64,000 bases of DNA, taken from an uncultured Porphyromonadaceae bacterium (GTDB taxonomy: Bacteria; Bacteroidota; Bacteroidia; Bacteroidales; Muribaculaceae). The stretch covers positions 9,628 to 73,627 of the forward strand of contig CAMWXI010000001.1 in the NCBI GenBank assembly GCA_947178175.1, in the 5' to 3' direction. Of the stretch, positions 60,447-64,000 are shown piece by piece. The position numbers were made by a program, and so were the translations under genes. How positions within the stretch are numbered: the stretch's first letter is position 1; every line of letters starts with the position of its first letter. A model generated the notes under the pieces. It had not been told where the DNA came from. It was given only the letters and a program-made list of their open reading frames with translations, and did no database searches.

Positions 60447-62315
60447 ATGAAACTAAAATTCTTACTATTTTTATTACTTGTATGTGCTTTTTCGGGAAAT
60501 ATCTCCGCAGCGCTTACAGACAATGAGGATATGCCTGTCTTCTACCTTAGAGGAAGCAACATAGGCAATGGAAACTGGGGTGTATATCCTGAATTTCAAT
60601 TCTCCCGCGAGGGGTCGGTTTATTCTCTTGACGTGCCCTCACTTTCAGGTGAGTTCAAAATCTCTAATGAAGACTGGACACTGAACTATGGTGCTCCCAA
60701 TTCAGATTCTCAGGAAATCCGCACTTCCGTGCAGATTAACGGACGCTTCGACGGCCGGAACTTTAAGGCGGAGGGTACACTGAGAAATGTCTCTATCTCC
60801 TTTTCCTACAATCCGGATTCCCCATCAGTTTCTGTGATCAGCTTCAAGGTTGACGATATCAACTTTCCCCTCACAAGCGGCACTCTTCCCATCCTTTACA
60901 TCAATGTAACAAATGACGCAGGGGAAATAAATAATGAGATTCTTGACAAGGACCTTCCTCATAAAAATTATTTCTCCGGCAACTATTGGCTGGACCTCAA
61001 CGGTTGTGAATGGCTGGAAAGCGAAGGGGCAAAATCTATCGGAAGCGAAGAGGAACCTCTTCCCCTCGAAATCAAGGCCCGCGGGAACTATACCCGTACT
61101 GCTTACGCTAAAAAGCCTTTCAAACTTAAACTTGGCTCAAAACAGAAACTCCTCGGACTCTCCAAAAGCAAACACTTTGCTCTTCTGGCTCATGCCGACG
61201 ACAACAAGGGCTTCCTTCGCAATTTCATAGGTTTCAATCTCGGCAAACGTATCGGTTTACCCTGGACTCCGGCTCAACAACCGGTGGAAGTGGTTATCAA
61301 TGGTGACTATCGCGGTCTTTACTTTCTGACTGAATCAATCCGCGTTGATTCAGATCGTGTTGACATCACAGAACTTAAGGATAATGAGACCGACTCAAAC
61401 CTCGCTTCAGGTGGTTATCTTGTTGAACTTGACAACTATGATGAAGACAATCAGATTCAGATGGAAGAGAAAAGATGTCTCCCCGGATATTCCGATATTC
61501 TGCGTATCACCTTTGACACTCCGGAAGAATATTCAGATATCCAGCGTCGTTTCGTAACTTATCAGTTTGACAACATGAACCGATGTGTAGGAGAAAACTC
61601 TGACAGGCTATGGAGTTTTCTTGACCTTGATGATGCCGTAAGATATTATATCGTAGAAGAGATGATTTCACACGTTGAAGCTTATCACGGTTCAACCTAT
61701 CTTTTCCGCGACCGTGGTGAAAACGAAAAGTGGCACTTCTCACCTCTCTGGGATTGCGGGAATGCCTTCAATGGTCCGGAAAGTGATTTCTTCTATCGCC
61801 ATGCCCCTTACGGCAGTACCTGGATAGAATCTATCCGTGAAAACGAAACATTCAACGATCACCTCAGAAAGACATGGTTATGGTTCGTTTCCTCTCGTCT
61901 GAATGGTCTGCAGGATGACGTTGACTCCTATATCTCCCATATCAGTCAGGCAGTGCAGTCGGACTATTCACGCTGGAAAGATGCTCCGCGTCCGAACAAT
62001 GGACTCGGAGTAGCCAACAACACTGCTCTTAACTCCCGGAAGACAGACACTATGCGCCATTTCAACAATAAGCTCGAATGGCTTAAATCTCAGTTTGGCG
62101 ACCCTGAAGAAATGATATTCGATGAGCCGGCACGAGACAATACTCCTGCAGCTCCGCTCCCGGATTTCATCGGCTCTTCCGTAACCAATATCGAATTCGA
62201 CACAACAACCGAAGTACGCTTATTTAATCTTCAGGGACTTCCCGTAGAGAATCCTCAGCATGGAAATATCTATATCCGACTCGCTCCGTCAGGCTCTGCT
62301 AAAGTGATGTTTTAG
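60447..62315 (+). CDS. Secreted CotH-kinase-family protein with N-terminal beta-sandwich and short T9SS-like CTD
   Basis: Signal peptide; IKARGNYT, KKPFKLKL, LLAH, VEVVINGDYRGLYFLTE, GGYLVELD, PLWD; C-terminal LFNLQG..VENP..G.IYI...KV. Confidence 0.85.
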   Translation: MKLKFLLFLLLVCAFSGNISAALTDNEDMPVFYLRGSNIGNGNWGVYPEFQFSREGSVYSLDVPSLSGEFKISNEDWTLNYGAPNSDSQEIRTSVQINGRFDGRNFKAEGTLRNVSISFSYNPDSPSVSVISFKVDDINFPLTSGTLPILYINVTNDAGEINNEILDKDLPHKNYFSGNYWLDLNGCEWLESEGAKSIGSEEEPLPLEIKARGNYTRTAYAKKPFKLKLGSKQKLLGLSKSKHFALLAHADDNKGFLRNFIGFNLGKRIGLPWTPAQQPVEVVINGDYRGLYFLTESIRVDSDRVDITELKDNETDSNLASGGYLVELDNYDEDNQIQMEEKRCLPGYSDILRITFDTPEEYSDIQRRFVTYQFDNMNRCVGENSDRLWSFLDLDDAVRYYIVEEMISHVEAYHGSTYLFRDRGENEKWHFSPLWDCGNAFNGPESDFFYRHAPYGSTWIESIRENETFNDHLRKTWLWFVSSRLNGLQDDVDSYISHISQAVQSDYSRWKDAPRPNNGLGVANNTALNSRKTDTMRHFNNKLEWLKSQFGDPEEMIFDEPARDNTPAAPLPDFIGSSVTNIEFDTTTEVRLFNLQGLPVENPQHGNIYIRLAPSGSAKVMF

Positions 62316-62335
62316 AAGTCTGATACACCATTGAG

Positions 62336-62371
62336 ATTTCTCAAAGGTCTTCTCAAGGGTCTTCTCAAGGG
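62336..62371. repeat. Three tandem 12-bp repeats
   Basis: ATTTCTCAAAGG (62336-62347), TCTTCTCAAGGG (62348-62359), TCTTCTCAAGGG (62360-62371). Confidence 0.75.
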
Positions 62372-62409
62372 ATTTAAGAAAATATTCGTTCACTAAATAT
62401 CCCGGTTCG

Positions 62410-62417
62410 TAACTTTG
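62410..62417 (+). promoter_or_regulatory. -7 promoter element for the small membrane protein gene
   Basis: TAACTTTG 16 nt before the ATG at 62434; only TTCG at the -33 position. Confidence 0.55.
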
Positions 62418-62433
62418 CTCAAAAACAAAGATT

Positions 62434-62784
62434 ATGAACTGGGATATTATTATAGCTTTAACGGGAGCTTTAGGAGGAGTTGAAGCTCTTAAATGGTGGG
62501 TAAACCGCAAGAATCTCAAACGTCTCTCGGCAGCGCAGGCCGAGTCGGGTCAGATTGAAGCCTCGGCAGCCCGCGAGCATCTATATGAAGAGACGATACT
62601 GTTTCTGCAGGCACAACTCAAGGAAAAGGAGGTCCGATTTGCCGAGCAGACCGATGCTCTCCGCAAGTCCATGCAGCAGGAACTTGACCTGACACGCCGC
62701 ATCAGCAAGCTTGAAATCCGCTATCTGTCATCCCGCTGCGATGACCTCAAATGTCCGAACCGCAAACCACCCCTCAGCAACTGA
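62434..62784 (+). CDS. Small membrane-anchored coiled-coil protein (phage holin-like, tentative)
   Basis: N-terminal TM (IIIALTGALGGVEALKWW), coiled coil, C-terminal RC...CPNRKPP; AT-rich start context. Confidence 0.65.
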   Translation: MNWDIIIALTGALGGVEALKWWVNRKNLKRLSAAQAESGQIEASAAREHLYEETILFLQAQLKEKEVRFAEQTDALRKSMQQELDLTRRISKLEIRYLSSRCDDLKCPNRKPPLSN

Positions 62785-62813
62785 TTTTCTGTAGGTCCCC
62801 CCCGACTATGATT

Positions 62814-63560
62814 CTAACTCATCTTTCTTATTAGAAAACCTCCTATGTTGACCCATAGGACATTGGGGATGCAACGCCACAATCCTACGACAAGATTCCA
62901 ACGCCAGTCTATCACCGACACTCTCTCACGTTTCACAATAGCGCGGATAATTCGTGGCACAACATAGTCCAATGACATCTCCAAAGGGTATTGCTGGTCA
63001 TCATGAAGCAACGGAGTGCGGATCCATCCCGGACGAATATCTGTGAAGCTTACATCTGTTTCCTCCATTATAGCCAGCTGTTCGAGGGCAGTCAGATAGG
63101 TGGAGGCACAACGTTTTGAGGCTGAATATGCTGCCATATCCCCTATACCTTTTGTGCCTGCGACACTTGTGACTGCAGCTATTCTTCCCGGCTTCTTCTC
63201 TGAACGGAAATATCGGTAGGCGGCACTGACCATTCTCACAAACCCTACAGCATTCGTCTCCACAATCCTCACCTCACGCTCAATCTCAAGCGGAGGATTA
63301 TCATACCCTATGCCGGCAACATGAAAATAGACATCCATACCGCCGAGTTTATCTATCAGATGCAGAAGTTTTTCCGCCGACTCAGGTGTGTTAACATCCA
63401 TAGAGACGTATTCCACCATCCCCGGATATTTACCGCTAAGCTCTTTAAGGGAATCAGTATGGCGGGCCGCAAGGCCAACCTTAACACCTCTTTTAGCAAA
63501 TTCCTCTGCCACTCTCAGTCCGATACCTGACGAGGCTCCCACTATTACAATCTTTTTCAT
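62814..63560 (-). CDS. Short-chain dehydrogenase/reductase
   Basis: [31 protein letters not shown]. Confidence 0.92.
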   Translation of the reverse strand: MKKIVIVGASSGIGLRVAEEFAKRGVKVGLAARHTDSLKELSGKYPGMVEYVSMDVNTPESAEKLLHLIDKLGGMDVYFHVAGIGYDNPPLEIEREVRIVETNAVGFVRMVSAAYRYFRSEKKPGRIAAVTSVAGTKGIGDMAAYSASKRCASTYLTALEQLAIMEETDVSFTDIRPGWIRTPLLHDDQQYPLEMSLDYVVPRIIRAIVKRERVSVIDWRWNLVVGLWRCIPNVLWVNIGGFLIRKMS

Positions 63561-64000
63561 TTCCGTTCTTTTACGATTCCACGACGGAAGGCATGCAGCA
63601 GTGCCTTTAATTCCTCGATCTGCTCCTGAAGCTGCACTCCTATATCTGTGTCGCGCACTCTGAGACTATCGTTGTTCACCTCAACAATGTAGGTGGTGGA
63701 TGCGATATCCGTTCCGTTGAGTACCGCCTCTTCTGCAGAGGTGAAAGGCTCGTGCTGCACAAGCTGAAATCCTCTCGAATGATAGACAAGAGTGTATCCG
63801 GCAATACCGGTGGTGTCATGGTAGGCCCTGGAGAAACCACCATCAATGACCATCAATTTCCCGTTTGCCTTTATGGGGCTCTCCCCTTTGCCGGCCTTTA
63901 CAGGCACATGACCATTGATGATGTGGCGGTGATCTCCTCCAACATTAAATTCATCAAGAATCCTGTCGCACACCTCTTCATTCACACGCAAATGGTAATA
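63557..64000 (-). CDS. fbp: Class III fructose-1,6-bisphosphatase, C-terminal part (truncated by the window edge)
   Basis: [40 protein letters not shown] and RVRDTDIG; the frame is open to the window end. Confidence 0.93.
   Translation of the reverse strand, partial: YYHLRVNEEVCDRILDEFNVGGDHRHIINGHVPVKAGKGESPIKANGKLMVIDGGFSRAYHDTTGIAGYTLVYHSRGFQLVQHEPFTSAEEAVLNGTDIASTTYIVEVNNDSLRVRDTDIGVQLQEQIEELKALLHAFRRGIVKERK

Noticed and set aside
62336-62371. CRISPR array or iterons
   Set aside because: The units are 12 bp, contiguous and have no spacers; no cas or rep gene is present.

Overview
This is a Bacteroidales chromosomal segment. Bacteroidetes TTTG-N19/20-TAnnTTTG promoters, a MurF-Alr fusion, UpxY and T9SS-type C-termini support the order; a Muribaculaceae-like gut lineage is only my inference. 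The left flank is housekeeping: GT2, surE, nnr, DUF4831-like, xseAB, murF-alr and fba, which carries a 1-nt frameshift. The centre (9.5-46.9 kb) is a large bidirectional surface-polysaccharide locus. A ~28 kb leftward operon is led by upxY and contains wecA-like, wza, wzc, cpsB, rmlB, rmlA, two EpsG/Wzy polymerases, fnlB, fnlC, uge, gmd, fcl, wzx, wzi and many glycosyltransferases. A rightward operon starts from a back-to-back promoter and is closed by a convergent second wzx. The best candidate for an undescribed system is a three-gene cassette in the rightward operon (39973-43642): a LicC-like nucleotidyltransferase fused to a CobD-like PLP enzyme, an opine (octopine/nopaline) dehydrogenase and a LicD phosphotransferase. 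I infer that together they make a CDP-activated N-(carboxyalkyl)-ethanolamine phosphate and attach it to the glycan. The right flank has an orphan GH24 lysozyme plus lipoprotein, three probable T9SS cargo proteins (PorZ-like, GH85, CotH), a polyferredoxin, yidC, pyrG, a phage-like small membrane protein, an SDR and a partial class III fbp. I found no rRNA, tRNA, CRISPR array, integrase or transposase. All family calls come from motif recognition by eye, not from database searches.
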